The translations under genes were made by a program, and so were the position numbers. The notes under the pieces are model-generated. The model was not told the origin of the DNA. It worked only from the letters and a program-made list of their open reading frames with translations, and did not search any database. A stretch of 42,663 nucleotides of DNA, from assembly GCA_964203725.1 (NCBI GenBank), contig CAXNNK010000001.1:1-42663 (forward strand), given 5' to 3'. Origin of the DNA: Ilumatobacteraceae bacterium. GTDB lineage: Bacteria > Actinomycetota > Acidimicrobiia > Acidimicrobiales > Ilumatobacteraceae. Shown piece by piece: positions 19,427 to 27,850 of this stretch (positions are counted from its first letter, which is position 1; each line of letters opens with the position of its first letter).

Positions 19427-19464
19427 ATAACAATCCTGAAACATGTTGTAGACACAGTCGAAAT
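19427..19464. promoter_or_regulatory. Candidate GlnR-type site array ATAAC-n6-GAAAC-n6-TAGAC-n6-GAAAT
   Basis: Read directly from the sequence. The 5-6-5-6-5-6-5 layout matches the gTnAc-n6-GaAAc double-site architecture described for actinomycete GlnR. It lies 16-53 nt upstream of the HNH start and about 105 nt upstream of the amt ATG. Confidence 0.3.
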
Positions 19465-19568
19465 ATTGCTCTCCTAATCTCTTTTGCGTTCGGCTGCAAT
19501 GGCGCCTCTGAACGCGTCTGTATTTCTGTGGCAACTCAACAGTTGTCCTTACCCGAATGGAGAGAAGT

Positions 19569-20945
19569 ATGAAGTTTTTACTCGAAACACCAGACCCGGT
19601 CACTGTGCTCGGTCAGCAGGTGAGCTTGATGTGGATTGTGATTGGAGCAGCGTTAGTTATCTTCATGCAGGCAGGGTTTGCGCTTGTTGAAACTGGAATG
19701 ACCCAAGCAAAAAACGCAGCACACGTTGTGAGTACCAACTTCGCAATTTTTGGTCTTGGTTTCATTGGTTTTTATTTGGTCGGATTTGCTTTCTCGTTCG
19801 GCGGTTTTTCCTATTCCGCTTTTGGAATGGACGCACCAGTTGGGTCTGCATTGCTCGGTAGTGGTGACTGGATCTTTTTATGGAAGGGCGGCTGGGCACT
19901 GTCTGGCAGCGCAGTAACTCCAGCAGTGGTTGGCTTCTTTTTGTACATGGTTGCGTTCATGGACACTGTTGCCACTATTCCAACCGGGTCGATGGCCGAG
20001 CGTTGGAAATGGAACAGTTTTGTGCTGTGGGGTTTCTTTTGCGGCGCTATTTACTATCCAATCATTGCTGCGTGGACGTGGGGTGGTGGCTGGTTGGCAA
20101 AAACCTGGAGCTCCATGTCATTGGGCGCTGGCTACGTCGACTTTGCGGGCTCTGGTGTTGTGCACGCGGTAGGTGGAGTAGCAGCATTTACAGGGGCAAT
20201 TGTGTTGGGGCCGCGCATCGGAAAGTTTGGTGCGGACGGCAAGCCACGCACGATTGCTGGCCATCACGTGCCAATGGCGATGCTCGGAACATTCATTTTG
20301 TTGTTCGGATGGTTTGGATTTAATGCGGCGAGCACATTTGCGGCAACCGATGTGCAGTTTGCTGTCGCAGCGGTGAACACTGCAATTGCTGGTGCGTTTG
20401 GTTCGATCACTGCGATGTTGTACATCACTCGCAAAACCGGCAAACCAGACCCAGGCATGATGATCAACGGAATGCTTGCGGGTTTGGTGGCAATAACGGC
20501 AGCATGCGCATTTGTTGCACCATGGGCCGCTGCCGTTATCGGGGTAATCGCAGCAATCTTGATTATTGAATCGGTGTACTTTTTTGAGCGCCGCGGTATC
20601 GATGATCCAGTTGGTGCAATTTCAGTACACGGTGTCGGTGGTCTTTTCGGCACGCTGAGCGTGGGCATCTTTGCCAACGGGAGTTATGGCGCGGGTTGGA
20701 ATGGGTCGGCGAGTGAGGGAGTGAAAGGCGTCATCAAGGGCGATTGGGGCCAGTTAGGCGCACAGGCTCTCGGCGCAATCACCATCATCGTGGTCTGCGG
20801 CACTATTTCATACGCATTCTTTGCCTTGCAGAACAAGTTCACAAAGGGCGGAATTCGTTCGAAGGCCGAAGACGAAATTGTCGGTCTTGATATGGCAGAG
20901 ATGGGTGTACTCGCGTACCCAGAATTTAGCGGTTCACACAAATAA
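19569..20945 (+). CDS. amt: Ammonium transporter
   Basis: DFAGSGVVHAVGG and AISVHGVGGLFG signatures with 11-12 TM helices. ATG 19569 is preceded by GGAGAG. Confidence 0.9.
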   Translation: MKFLLETPDPVTVLGQQVSLMWIVIGAALVIFMQAGFALVETGMTQAKNAAHVVSTNFAIFGLGFIGFYLVGFAFSFGGFSYSAFGMDAPVGSALLGSGDWIFLWKGGWALSGSAVTPAVVGFFLYMVAFMDTVATIPTGSMAERWKWNSFVLWGFFCGAIYYPIIAAWTWGGGWLAKTWSSMSLGAGYVDFAGSGVVHAVGGVAAFTGAIVLGPRIGKFGADGKPRTIAGHHVPMAMLGTFILLFGWFGFNAASTFAATDVQFAVAAVNTAIAGAFGSITAMLYITRKTGKPDPGMMINGMLAGLVAITAACAFVAPWAAAVIGVIAAILIIESVYFFERRGIDDPVGAISVHGVGGLFGTLSVGIFANGSYGAGWNGSASEGVKGVIKGDWGQLGAQALGAITIIVVCGTISYAFFALQNKFTKGGIRSKAEDEIVGLDMAEMGVLAYPEFSGSHK

Positions 20946-20951
20946 TCTGTT

Positions 20952-20970
20952 GCGGCTCATTGAGCGCCGC
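20952..20970. terminator. Weak GC hairpin in the convergent amt/dehalogenase gap (GCGGC-n9-GCCGC)
   Basis: A 5-bp all-GC stem with a 9-nt loop, seen directly. No U tract. Confidence 0.25.
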
Positions 20971-20976
20971 GTGTTC

Positions 20977-21903
20977 TTACTCGCGTGGATTGTTGTCGAT
21001 GAATTCGACAATGATCTGCGCGAGTTGTTCACCTTTGTTTTCTTGCAAGAAGTGACCCGCGTCTGTGATTGTCACGTGTGGTTGGTTGGCTGCACCTGGC
21101 ACATCTCGCATAAACGCTTTTTCTCCACCCGCAGTGACCGGATCTTGATCGCTAAAAGTGCACAAGAATGGTTTTTCAAACTTGCGCAGTACACCCCACG
21201 CGATCTCATTGTCACGGTTGGATGGGTCATCAATCGTCACTGGAACGAATGTTGGGAAGATACGTGCCCCAGACTTATAGGTCTCGTCAGGAAATGGTGC
21301 ATCGTATGCATCGACCTCTGTAGGCGAAAGTGCTTTGAGGCTTCCGGCATTAACAATTGTGCCGACAGGAAATGTCGGAGTGGTTTGCGAGAAGTTGCGC
21401 CACTGCATAAATGCATCGTTGGAAGAAAAGTCGACCTTGCGGCCAATCGGTAGGCCGGTGTTGCCAGCAACGACTCGGTCAAATCGTTCTGGTTCGGCAG
21501 TTACTAGTCGCAGACCCACAAGTCCGCCCCAGTCTTGGCCAAAGAATGTGATGTGGCGCAGTTGCAGTTTGTCAAAAATGAGTTCGCTCATCCATGCAAC
21601 GTGCCTGGCGTATGAATAGTCAGTTTGTTCGGTTGGCTTGTCTGAGCGACCAAAACCGACCAAGTCGGGCGCTATCACTCGGTGTCCTGCTGCGAGCAAG
21701 ATCGGGATCATCTTGCGGTAGAGGTAGCACCACGATGGCTCACCGTGCATCAGTAGCACCGGATCTGCATCGCGCGGGCCTTCGTCGATGTAGTGAACTC
21801 GCAACACTCCGCCCTCAAGGTCGGAGATTTCGCAATAGTGCGGCTCGTAGTTGTAGTCGTCGAGATTGTCAAACCGTTCATCTGGTGTGCGTAGTGTTTT
21901 CAT
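20977..21903 (-). CDS. Haloalkane dehalogenase-like alpha/beta hydrolase
   Basis: MKTLRTPDERFDNLDDYNYEPHY N-terminus, HGEPSW, nucleophile FFGQDWGG, and catalytic His in DAGHFLQE. ATG 21903 chosen; the upstream extension overlaps the MBL gene. Confidence 0.8.
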   Translation of the reverse strand: MKTLRTPDERFDNLDDYNYEPHYCEISDLEGGVLRVHYIDEGPRDADPVLLMHGEPSWCYLYRKMIPILLAAGHRVIAPDLVGFGRSDKPTEQTDYSYARHVAWMSELIFDKLQLRHITFFGQDWGGLVGLRLVTAEPERFDRVVAGNTGLPIGRKVDFSSNDAFMQWRNFSQTTPTFPVGTIVNAGSLKALSPTEVDAYDAPFPDETYKSGARIFPTFVPVTIDDPSNRDNEIAWGVLRKFEKPFLCTFSDQDPVTAGGEKAFMRDVPGAANQPHVTITDAGHFLQENKGEQLAQIIVEFIDNNPRE

Positions 21904-21941
21904 TTTGATGTCCTTTGTATTTGTATTTGCTAAATAGTGAG

Positions 21942-22766
21942 TTAGATCGTCGTTGCTGTGAGGTCGTCGCCAAGCACGATTTCGCCCGCAAAGTGCGCGG
22001 CGGCAAGTGCGCGCCACTCTTCTTCTTGGCCGGGCTGAATGCCTGGTACGTAGTGCGTCAAAATCAATTTCTTGACACCAGCACGCGTTGCGGTTTGTGC
22101 TGCTTGCTCTACCGTTGAGTGGTAATCCAGAATGTCGAGGAAGCGTTTGTTTTTTACAAGGCTAACGAGATCTGCACGTAACACTGTTTGTACGTATGCA
22201 TCTGCACCTTTGCAAATGGCATCCAGAGTTTCGCAAGGAATGCCGTCTCCGCCAAGCACAACTGATTTGCCCTCGTGTTCGATGCGATACGAAACTGTTG
22301 GCTCAACAGGCGCATGATTGGTTTGGCCAACCGAAATTTGTGCTTCACCAAGTGTGAATGTCATGCCGGGCGTTACTTCGATGACAATGATTTTTGGTTG
22401 CCACGTCAACGTGTCTGGGTGATGCGCAAGCCGGTAACTGATGTCTGGTGCAAGTGATGCGAGTATTCCGTTGACCACTTCTTGCGTGCGTGGTGGTCCG
22501 TAAATATGGAGTGGAGTTTCTGCCTGGCTCATGATGTAGTGCGTGGTGATGACATCGTTGAGGTCGGTGAGGTGATCACTGTGCAGATGGGTGATCAGTA
22601 CACCTGACAAGAAGATAGGTAACGAGCCAGCGCCAGTGAGTCGCATCACAACGGCGCGACCAGCATCTACCAAAATCTGAGTTGCGCCGGCTTTTACTAA
22701 CGTTGCAGGACCACCACGCTTTGCGTCTGGCATTGGGCTTCCTGTGCCGAGCAAAATGATGTCCAT
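21942..22766 (-). CDS. MBL-fold metallo-hydrolase (RNase Z/BN-like)
   Basis: MDIILLGTGSP N-terminus and the THLHSDH (HxHxDH) motif. AGGAGA precedes ATG 22766. Confidence 0.8.
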   Translation of the reverse strand: MDIILLGTGSPMPDAKRGGPATLVKAGATQILVDAGRAVVMRLTGAGSLPIFLSGVLITHLHSDHLTDLNDVITTHYIMSQAETPLHIYGPPRTQEVVNGILASLAPDISYRLAHHPDTLTWQPKIIVIEVTPGMTFTLGEAQISVGQTNHAPVEPTVSYRIEHEGKSVVLGGDGIPCETLDAICKGADAYVQTVLRADLVSLVKNKRFLDILDYHSTVEQAAQTATRAGVKKLILTHYVPGIQPGQEEEWRALAAAHFAGEIVLGDDLTATTI

Positions 22767-22881
22767 GAGTTCTCCTGATGTCGTGCATGTAGATCTGCGA
22801 TAGCAAACATAGCAATCTTTTCGCATACACTATGAGAAAACTTGGTGAACAACATTATTCGAGCTTGAAAGGTGGCTGTGT

Positions 22882-25158
22882 ATGGCAATGAACAATTCGG
22901 TGCACCCAAATGAACCTCATTTTGCGGGCATGATCGATTCGTCGTATCAAACATCGACACCGTCGTGGCCAGAGCTGCCAAAGGGTCTGCACGGGGCCAA
23001 CGTCATCACCATTGTGTTTGACGATATGGGCTTTAGCCACCCGAGTTGCTTTGGCAGCACACTGCACACGCCAAATATCGATCGCCTTGCACAAAACGGT
23101 TTGCGGTACACGGGCTTTCACACAACAGCATTGTGTTCGCCGTCTCGAGCAAGTTTGCTCACCGGCCGCAATCATCACGCAGTTGGTATGCGCGGAGTTT
23201 CGAACTGGAATACCGGATTCCCAAACATGCGCGGAGGCATCACGCCAAAGGCAGCAACAATGGCCGAAGTATTGCGGCTCGAAGGATATGCAACGTTGTG
23301 TGCAGGCAAGTGGCACCTCGCGCCAATGGAAGAGTGCACGGCGGCTGGCCCACACACCAACTGGCCGTTGCAAAAAGGTTTCGATCGCTTCTACGGATTT
23401 TTGAATGGCGAGACCGATCAGTTTTATCCTGAGCTCACGCAAGACAACCAACACATTTTGCCGCCGCGCACACCTGAAGAGGGCTATCACCTTTCGGAAG
23501 ATCTTGTCGATCAGTCGACAACATGGATTCGAGATTTAGTTTCGGTGCGACCAGATCGCCCGTTTTATTTGTATCTCGCATTCGGCGCACAACACGCACC
23601 GCATCACGCACCGGACAGTTATTTGGCAAAGTGGCGCGGCAAGTTTGACGAAGGTTGGGACGTACATCGCGATGTGTGGTTTAAGCGACAAATCGAGATG
23701 GGCATTATTCCGCCCGACACCGTGCTTTCACCACGCAACCCAGGCGTGCGCCCATGGGTTGAGTTAACTGCCAATGAAAAACTTTTTGCATGTCGTTTAC
23801 AAGAAGCATTTGCTGCGATGCTCGACCACACCGATGCGCAGATTGGTCGCTTGCTCGACTTTCTTGACAAACACAATCTGACCGACAACACGATGATTGC
23901 ATTGCTGTCGGACAACGGTGCGAGTCGCGAAGGTGGACCACAAGGAGTTGTAGACGAATTCAGTTTTTTCAACAGCATGTGGGAAGACGTGGACGACATG
24001 GTTGCCAACCGGCTCGACGACATCGGCACCAAGAATGCGCACTCCAACTATCCGTGGGGTTGGTCGCAAGTGGGCAATACACCGAGCCGTTGGTACAAGT
24101 CGCAAACATACGGCGGAGGCATTCGTGACTCGCTGATTCTTCACTGGCCAAAAGGAATCGATCAACCAGGTGGCATTCGCCCACAGTTTTGCCACATCAC
24201 CGACATTGCGCCAACGGTGTATGAAGCGCTTGGCATCACTGTTCCACCTATGGTGAATGGGCACGGACAGATGCCGATGCATGGCGAGAGCCTCACATAC
24301 ACGTTCAATAATGCAACGCGAGAAACCAAGCGCGGCCCACAATATTTCGAGATGATGGGTCACCGCGCTATCTGGGCCGACGGTTACAAGGCGGTCACGT
24401 TTCACGATCAAAACGTGCCGTACGAAAATGACACGTGGGGTTTGTACAAACTCGACGAAGATTTTTCGGAGATGCATGACTTGTCTACAACTCAACCAGC
24501 AAAGCTCAAAGAGATGATTGCGTTGTGGTGGGAGCAAGCCGAGTTGCACGGAGTGCTGCCGCTTGACGATCGAGGCATAGAGATTTTTGGCTCAAAGTCA
24601 CGTCCTGGTTCGCCACACTATGGCAATACCTATACGTATTTTCCACCGGTTGCGCATATTCCTGCAGATGCATGCCCACTGTTGAGCGGTCGGGCATGGA
24701 CAATTACTGCAGACATCATTGTTGGCAACGTCCCACTTGAAGGCGTGATTTACGCGCGCGGCGCCCACAACGTCGGACACTCGTTCTTCGTCAAAGATTC
24801 TGTTTTGCACTTTGACTACAACGCGCTTGGCAAACATCAGCGAGCGAGTGCGCCGATTTCGTTGCAGTCCGGAAATCATCAAATAGGCGTCCGATTTGAT
24901 CGTGGAGATTCCACAGGAACGATCACGCTGACGGTCAATGGAAAAGATGTTGGCTCGGTGCACATTCCGAAGATTGTGCGAGTACTGGGCTCAATGGGAA
25001 TGGATTTGGGGAGTGATCAGTTGTCGCCTGTGGTGAGTGACTACGTTGCGCCATTTGCATGTAACTCCACGATCTCTAAGGTGCATTTCGAAATTCGAAG
25101 TCGACCAACCAAAGCAGACATCGATGCGTTCTTACTCACCGAAGCAGCAAAGGAATAA
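22882..25158 (+). CDS. Arylsulfatase (Cys-type, AtsA-like long form)
   Basis: Formylglycine motif CSPSRASLLTGR, GKWHLA, LSDNGAS. About 758 aa with a C-terminal extension. Confidence 0.9.
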   Translation: MAMNNSVHPNEPHFAGMIDSSYQTSTPSWPELPKGLHGANVITIVFDDMGFSHPSCFGSTLHTPNIDRLAQNGLRYTGFHTTALCSPSRASLLTGRNHHAVGMRGVSNWNTGFPNMRGGITPKAATMAEVLRLEGYATLCAGKWHLAPMEECTAAGPHTNWPLQKGFDRFYGFLNGETDQFYPELTQDNQHILPPRTPEEGYHLSEDLVDQSTTWIRDLVSVRPDRPFYLYLAFGAQHAPHHAPDSYLAKWRGKFDEGWDVHRDVWFKRQIEMGIIPPDTVLSPRNPGVRPWVELTANEKLFACRLQEAFAAMLDHTDAQIGRLLDFLDKHNLTDNTMIALLSDNGASREGGPQGVVDEFSFFNSMWEDVDDMVANRLDDIGTKNAHSNYPWGWSQVGNTPSRWYKSQTYGGGIRDSLILHWPKGIDQPGGIRPQFCHITDIAPTVYEALGITVPPMVNGHGQMPMHGESLTYTFNNATRETKRGPQYFEMMGHRAIWADGYKAVTFHDQNVPYENDTWGLYKLDEDFSEMHDLSTTQPAKLKEMIALWWEQAELHGVLPLDDRGIEIFGSKSRPGSPHYGNTYTYFPPVAHIPADACPLLSGRAWTITADIIVGNVPLEGVIYARGAHNVGHSFFVKDSVLHFDYNALGKHQRASAPISLQSGNHQIGVRFDRGDSTGTITLTVNGKDVGSVHIPKIVRVLGSMGMDLGSDQLSPVVSDYVAPFACNSTISKVHFEIRSRPTKADIDAFLLTEAAKE

Positions 25159-25165
25159 CACTTTT

Positions 25166-25735
25166 ATGTCAAACGATTTGATCCTTGATTCATTGCAGCG
25201 GCGCATGAAGGCCTTGCATTCGCTGTATGACCAAGCCTTAAGCACGATGACGATTGATCACGTCAATCACTTTGAGCGCGAGGGCGTCATGCCGATCGCT
25301 TTCAGTCTGTTTCACATTGTCAACATGATTGACGCATCGTTCATGATGATCACCGGCGTTACTCCGGTCTGGAACGATGAGTGGAAGGCCCGCGTCAATC
25401 CATCTATTGCCGATCACGGCAAGCACAAGACGGTAGATGAAATGGTTGGCCAACGCATTGGCAACTACGAAGCATTTCAAGAGTACCTGCAGTTGGTTTT
25501 TGGCCGCGTGCACTCATGGCTCGAGACATTGGATGCTGGCGAACTCACACGAGTTGTGATTGCTCGTCCGTTTCCACCGCAGATTGAGTCGACATATTCG
25601 GCTCGCGTGGCGGGCGACGTGGGTATCACGGTGTTGGATGCGGTTGAATGCTGGATCTATCAACACGGTCTTCGCCATATGGGCGAGATTGAACTCGCGC
25701 GCGGACTTGTTGGTCTTGGGGGAATGACGAGTTAG
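25166..25735 (+). CDS. DinB-like four-helix-bundle protein (tentative)
   Basis: Helical, about 189 aa, with His-bearing helices FSLFHIVNMID and WIYQHGLRHMGEIE that resemble DinB/DinB_2 metal triads. ATG 25166 lies 7 nt after the sulfatase stop. Confidence 0.45.
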   Translation: MSNDLILDSLQRRMKALHSLYDQALSTMTIDHVNHFEREGVMPIAFSLFHIVNMIDASFMMITGVTPVWNDEWKARVNPSIADHGKHKTVDEMVGQRIGNYEAFQEYLQLVFGRVHSWLETLDAGELTRVVIARPFPPQIESTYSARVAGDVGITVLDAVECWIYQHGLRHMGEIELARGLVGLGGMTS

Positions 25736-25759
25736 TACGGGCAAAAATCTCTTGCGCTA

Positions 25760-26611
25760 CTAGACGCAGCGATTACGGATGGTTCCAACGCCTTCAAGAG
25801 TTGTCTCGATAATGTCACCGCACTGCAAGTAGATAGGTGGCTTGCGACCATGCCCCACACCAGCAGTGGTACCAGTAAAAATTGCGTCACCTGGAAAAAG
25901 CTGGCAGATGCCCGAGAGATACGAAACAATTTCTGAAACATCGAAAATCATGTCGTTGGTCATGGTGTCTTGTCGTGTTTCGCCGTTGACAGAACACGTC
26001 AGTCGTAAGTTGTCACGACTGGCATTGTCCTGCATGTCGGTAACCCACGGACCCATCGGTGTAAAACTAGTGCGGCTTTTGCCAAGGCTGAATTGTGGCG
26101 GCACGCCGCTGTATTGAAGTGTTCGGTCAGAGATGTCTTGGCCTGCAGTGATACCTGCGATGTGTTGCCATGCATCTGCTTGAGCAATATTGATACCACC
26201 AGTACCAATCACGATGACGAGCTCTGATTCGTAGTCGCATGTTTCACCAACAAGTTGAATGTCGCCACATGGCGTGTTGATCGAGCTTTGAAACTTGGCA
26301 AACGTGAGCGGAGTAGACGGGAGAGGGCTGTTCATTTCTTGGGCGTGCAATTTGTAATTGAGGCCAACAGCAAAAAGTTGACGTGGGCGAGGAATAGGAC
26401 TGTCAAGTTGTTCGAGAGAGCAAGGCACTCCGTCGGTGATGTTCAGCGACTGAGCGTGAAGGGCAAGTGCATCCCAAACGCTGAAGCATGCCATCGGATC
26501 ATGTGGAAGGGTTCCATCGCTTGACATTTCAACATCTACAACACGAAAGCTGTCAGATGCTCCAATTACAAACTGTGCCCGACCCTGAACCGACGCAAGT
26601 TTGAGCGACAT
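25760..26611 (-). CDS. Fumarylacetoacetate hydrolase (FAH) family protein
   Basis: GLNYKLHAQEM, ESELVIVIG and FTGTTAGVG blocks. Confidence 0.85.
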   Translation of the reverse strand: MSLKLASVQGRAQFVIGASDSFRVVDVEMSSDGTLPHDPMACFSVWDALALHAQSLNITDGVPCSLEQLDSPIPRPRQLFAVGLNYKLHAQEMNSPLPSTPLTFAKFQSSINTPCGDIQLVGETCDYESELVIVIGTGGINIAQADAWQHIAGITAGQDISDRTLQYSGVPPQFSLGKSRTSFTPMGPWVTDMQDNASRDNLRLTCSVNGETRQDTMTNDMIFDVSEIVSYLSGICQLFPGDAIFTGTTAGVGHGRKPPIYLQCGDIIETTLEGVGTIRNRCV

Positions 26612-26632
26612 ATGAAGGCTGTGTGCGGTGAT

Positions 26633-27238
26633 TTAGATGCGACCGTATGCGGCGCGTCGCTGTGCTTCGGCTTTTGCTCTGTCGAGACGATCTTTTTCTT
26701 TGCGCTCTGCACGGGCACGACGCTTTTCGTCCTGTGCTGCTGCATCGACAGTTGGGCCACCGGTTGCACCACGAGTTGTGGTTACTGGTGCGCTCTGAAT
26801 CATGAATCGCTCATCGGTTAAAACAAGTTTGCGGAAACCACCAAGTGAAACCGAGTACTGCACGGCCATCAGGCGCACGGCGTCAAGGCCAAATGTTTCA
26901 ACAAGTGCAGGAATCACCAGTTGCAAATCCTCGAGGCTCGGGTCTTCCGATTGGTCGCCCAATAACTCGATCGCTCGCTCCGTCGCTCCTTCGCCAAACA
27001 ACACTCCGGTGTCGAGGTATGAGCGACGCTCCTTCATTGCCTCACGAATTTTTGGAGCAAGTGTGGCCGGTTCGGTAAATGCTCCTGCTGGCAGGGCGAG
27101 CACTTTGGCAAGGGCGTCGCGCAATTTTTCTTCGACCGCTATGGCGAGTTTGACGATCGATTCGTCGGTCAAAGTGCTAAAAACTGCCGCATAACGGCGC
27201 TCAATCAAAATGGTGTCTCTGGAGTTACTGACTGGCAT
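26633..27238 (-). CDS. Hypothetical protein: helical N-domain plus a Lys/Arg/Glu-rich C-terminal tail
   Basis: 201-codon ORF ending 21 nt upstream of the FAH gene on the same strand. Tail is DEKRRARAERKEKDRLDRAKAEAQRRAAYGRI. No family recognised. Confidence 0.55.
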   Translation of the reverse strand: MPVSNSRDTILIERRYAAVFSTLTDESIVKLAIAVEEKLRDALAKVLALPAGAFTEPATLAPKIREAMKERRSYLDTGVLFGEGATERAIELLGDQSEDPSLEDLQLVIPALVETFGLDAVRLMAVQYSVSLGGFRKLVLTDERFMIQSAPVTTTRGATGGPTVDAAAQDEKRRARAERKEKDRLDRAKAEAQRRAAYGRI

Positions 27239-27262
27239 TGGGTATTTCCTTTTCTGCCTCGT

Positions 27263-27277
27263 TGAAGCGACGCTTCA
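27263..27277. promoter_or_regulatory. Perfect 7-1-7 palindrome TGAAGCGACGCTTCA (candidate operator)
   Basis: Read directly. It lies 25-39 nt upstream of the 27238 (-) start, in the divergent gap with ybaK. Confidence 0.3.
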
Positions 27278-27352
27278 GTGTGTCAGACAAGGGCCCCCGT
27301 TACTACCTGCAACGGACTATTAGATCCAATCTGACGCGATGTTTCCTATGAT

Positions 27353-27850
27353 GTGCCCATGAAGGCAGCCACGCCGGCGCTTGTGCGCCTCGAGCAACTT
27401 GGTATTCACTATGTTGCACACACGTTTGATCACGATCTGGCTACAACTGACGAAATTGGTTATGGCAGGGCAGCGGCTCGCGCGCTCGGTGTCGATGAGT
27501 CGCGCGTCTACAAAACGCTGCTTGCACAGTCTGAAAACGGATCACTTGTGGCTATCGTGCCAGTGAACGCGCAACTTTCTTTGAAATCTCTTGCACATGT
27601 AGTCGATGCAAAACGCTGCGAAATGGTTGAGGCTTCACAGGCGCCAAGAATCACGGGATACGTGGTGGGTGGCATCAGTCCGTTTGGTCAGAAGCGACAA
27701 CTGCCAACTGTTGTTGACGAGAGCGTGTTGTTGCAAGAAACGATTTTGGTAAGTGGCGGTCGACGAGGACTCGACATCGAAATAGGAGTGAATGATTTGA
27801 TCGCTGCGCTTGATGCAAAGGTTGGGGCGATAGCCGTCGTTAACGACTAA
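27353..27850 (+). CDS. ybaK: Cys-tRNA(Pro)/Cys-tRNA(Cys) deacylase YbaK
   Basis: ALVRLEQLGIHYVAHTFDHD, VYKTLL, and GYVVGGISPFGQK. Start is GTG 27353 or ATG 27359. Confidence 0.8.
   Translation: MPMKAATPALVRLEQLGIHYVAHTFDHDLATTDEIGYGRAAARALGVDESRVYKTLLAQSENGSLVAIVPVNAQLSLKSLAHVVDAKRCEMVEASQAPRITGYVVGGISPFGQKRQLPTVVDESVLLQETILVSGGRRGLDIEIGVNDLIAALDAKVGAIAVVND

Noticed and set aside
19436-19444. Recurrence of CTGAAACAT (also at 8336, 8360 and, inside the FAH gene, 25933) as a possible dispersed motif
   Set aside because: This is a post-hoc observation of a short word. One copy is inside a CDS and one is part of the GlnR-like array. It is likely chance unless genome-wide counts show enrichment.
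20821-21453. 210-aa plus-strand ORF overlapping the amt 3' end and antisense to the dehalogenase
   Set aside because: It conflicts with two motif-supported genes and has no recognisable domain.
21904-22017. N-terminal extension of the dehalogenase ORF
   Set aside because: It overlaps the 3' end of the MBL gene. MKTLRTPDERF at ATG 21903 is the typical family N-terminus.
22855-24549. Two long minus-strand ORFs (22855..23490 and 23797..24549) antisense to the sulfatase
   Set aside because: The plus-strand sulfatase carries strong family motifs. The antisense products are Arg/Cys/His-rich with no domains.
25037-25165. Upstream extension of the DinB-like ORF
   Set aside because: It overlaps the sulfatase C-terminus in another frame. 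ATG 25166 follows the sulfatase stop.
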